NCBI GenBank assembly: GCA_043228905.1
Contig: JBHGNT010000005.1
Coordinates: forward strand, 15,996,001 to 16,060,000
Direction of reading: 5' to 3'
Length of the DNA: 64,000 bases
Source of the DNA: Azolla caroliniana
Lineage: Eukaryota; Plantae; Polypodiophyta
A program made the position numbers and the translations under genes. This document shows positions 61,361 through 64,000 of this stretch, one piece after another. A model generated the notes under the pieces. It searched no databases. It was not told where the DNA came from and saw nothing but the letters and a program-made list of their open reading frames with translations. The number at the start of each line of letters is the position of its first letter. Positions within the stretch are counted from its first letter, which is position 1.

Positions 61361-62925
61361 CGAGCCGCTTCGACAAAGCTTTTTGGCTCTCGAACGACTG
61401 CCACTTTCATCATGAAGGCATAATGGTGTGCCATGTATTCATTGTAACTGAATTGGGTGACTGGATTCTTTGGTCTAGAAAACCCACGATGTTTTTCATG
61501 TGTTGATGCAAATGCCTTCTTTACCCCAGGTTTCCGCATAATGGTCACATCAAACTCATTATCGGTTGAGTGTGCCAAACCAGTCGCATCACTCTCGTCG
61601 GAGTGGTCGACCTCATATCGGGCATCGTAGCTTTTCCTTTGTCTAATTCGGCACATGGTAGAGATGTGCTTTGATTGCTTGGAGTCTCCTCTGGTCCACT
61701 CAGCATAGTTGAAATTCAACTTTCACTTGTTATTGGCCTTGGACGAATGTCTTCCACCGATTTGGTGTCCAACTCTTAGTCAATTAGTTCAGATGGATAC
61801 GAGTCGAGTTCATAACATGATGCTGATTCATCAAAGACAACATCCCAACTCACACAAACCTTTAAGGTAGAGGGGTTGAAGCACTTGTACCCTTTTTGCT
61901 CAAGAGAGTAACCCACAAGGATGCATTTTTTCGATTTTGGATCGAGCTGTTGCCTTTTCTCATCATGAATGTGCACGAATGCAATAGAGTCGAATATCCT
62001 TAAGTGAGATAGGTCTGGCTTCCTTCCATAGTATTTCTCATGTGGAGTGACTTCATGTATGCCGGGTGATGTGCATCAATTCATCAAGTAGACAGTCATA
62101 CAAGCTGCTTTGGCCCAATATGACTTTGACATATGCTTCTCGTTCATCATGGCACATGCTACTTGAAGTATATGTCGATTCTTCATTTCGGCTAGTTCAT
62201 TTCGTTGTGGTGTGTGCTGACACGTAAACTCTCGTTGTATTCCTTCTTTTTGGAGGTATGCAGTGAAGGCATTAGAGAAGTACTCTTTTCCCCTGTCTGA
62301 CCAAAGACACTAAACATGGAGACTCATTTCTTTTTCTACTCGTTCTTGAACTTTTGGAAGTGTGAGAACACTTTTGGAAGATCCAAGTGTCCAAGGAGTA
62401 GTCTTCAATGAAGGTTACATAGTAGCAACATCCATCAAATGTTGTCATTTGTGCCGGTCCCTAAACATCTGAGTGGATCATTACATCCAAGAGTCCTTTA
62501 CTCATGTTTTTTTTCTTTTGGAAATGGGTGTCGATGTTGTCTGCCAAATTTGCATGCCTCACATACTCCATCGATTCCCTTTTCTTTGAAGGTTGGGAGT
62601 CCGATGACAACTCCTTTTGATTGCAATCCCTTGAGTTTTTGGAGATTGATGTGGCGGATTCTCTTGTGCCACAACTCTATATCCGTGTCCACTTTGCGAA
62701 TGAACATTTGGCCTTCTCTTCGTTCTTTAGCGATGAGTTGACCCTTCTTTTCGATGAAGCAACCTGTATTGTTAAATCGAACTTCCATGCCTTGCTCCAC
62801 GATTTGGCTGACCGAGACCAAATTTTTCATTATGGTCAAAACATGCAGAACATTCTTAATGCAAGTCTTCTTACCTTTTTTCCCAAATGGGACATTGCCG
62901 ACATGCCGAATGGGATTACCAATAT

Positions 62926-63372
62926 AAAATACACCTAGTTACCAATATATTTTTTGATAACCACATATCTAAATGCCTTTACATATAAAATATACATGCA
63001 CACATAGTTTCCAATCCTAGAAGGGGTCAATGAACCTTTTTACAATTGATGACTCGCAAAATTATGAATGAACATTAAACATCATATGCAAATTCCTAGA
63101 AATGCTTCACCAAGTACCAAATAAATTGAAACTACAATGTGTAAAAAGATTAATAAAAATACACCTAATTACCAATAATTTTTTTGATAACCACCTATTT
63201 AAAACGCCCTTACATATCAAATATACATGCACATTGTTTCCAATCCTAGAAGGGATCAATGACCCTCTTTACAATTGATGACTCGCAAAATTATGAATGA
63301 ACATTAACATCATATGCAAATTCCTAGAAATGCTTCATCAAGTACAACATAAATTGAAAACACAATGTGTAA
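62926..63372. repeat. About 230-bp tandem duplication
   Basis: AAAATACACCTA...CAATGTGTAAA occurs twice (about 62926-63143 and 63157-63372). Confidence 0.85.
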
Positions 63373-64000
63373 AGTGCAAAGTAATGCACACACAACTACG
63401 AAACATTACCCAAAAACACAGAGGTATAACGTATATAAGCCACATATAAATTTATTTTTATATTTTATTGAGACATATGAAGAATATAAAGTGATAAAAA
63501 AGAATGTAATTTACAAAAAAAGCAATCTTAAACTTGTCATATATATCTCAAATAGCAGACATGGAACAATCCAAATACATATTAATAATGAAATTACTAA
63601 CAAATTAACATTATGTTTAGTTTCATGGATAGACTCATAAGAAGCCAAAACATTATTTTTTCTCAAACACATTGATCAAACAAATGACAACATATTTTAT
63701 ATTTCCATTTGAAATGTAAGATGGTATAGACATAAGATATCATTCATGCACATATTCTCACCAAATCAAAATAAAATAAAATCAATCATTTTGTTATTTC
63801 AATTTCTACTTAAAAAACTTATTACAATAAAGATTACCCTCATAAAGACTTGTTATAATGCCATGCACTATTTTTTTATTTCCATAAATCTTAGCCACAT
63901 CTAGAAATATATATTCATGGACCCCTAGAAGGAATTTAGTGCCTTCCGTTCAACTCTCTTTGTAGTGCTTAATGATGGTCCACCTAAATTTTTAGAAACA

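Larger units (their letters stand above)
32690..62915 (-). mobile_element. Outermost degenerate Copia (pieces at 32690-33360 and 61361-62915), host of the nest
   Basis: The left piece encodes RT-end/RNase H (PLDRNMKLDA...YLTITRLDL...GAISWSSKKQPTIALSSTEAEY). The right piece encodes GAG-pre-integrase/integrase (LWHKRIRHIN, KSKKCILVGYS, REPKSFVEAA). Strand and domain order are consistent with one element. Confidence 0.75.

Overview
This is repeat-dominated land-plant DNA, most likely from a fern or another non-seed plant. That assignment is inferred from the Tcn1-like chromoviruses, fungal-like Gypsy elements, a DUF3455-like gene and abundant (GA)n tracts. Most of the window is transposable elements. 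From 32.7 to 62.9 kb there is a four-level LTR nest. A degenerate minus-strand Copia contains a chromovirus. The chromovirus contains an Arg-tRNA-primed non-chromoviral Gypsy (36184-52215) with an extra coiled-coil ORF, and an apparently intact, very young Trp-tRNA-primed Gypsy (53175-60298). A second Trp-primed Gypsy (44353-50867, minus strand) sits inside the Arg-primed element. The left half holds two minus-strand Copia elements, other Copia remnants, a rearranged chromovirus, a LINE fragment, a hAT MITE, solo LTRs and a possible Pack-MULE end with a LEA_2 fragment. The only convincing host gene piece is exon 1 of a secreted DUF3455-like protein (29349-28931, minus). The most unusual observation is that the Arg-primed Gypsy has no polypurine tract. 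At the PPT position it carries a copy of the tRNA-Arg 3' end, effectively a second inverted PBS, and the same motif recurs before a different LTR-like sequence at about 1.8 kb. This suggests a non-canonical plus-strand priming or self-priming mechanism. Also notable are a conserved GGATTTT -1 frameshift cassette between protease and RT in both Trp-primed elements, and antisense Pol III A/B-box-like motifs in several LTR families. All alignments were made by eye and family assignments are from recall; no searches were run.
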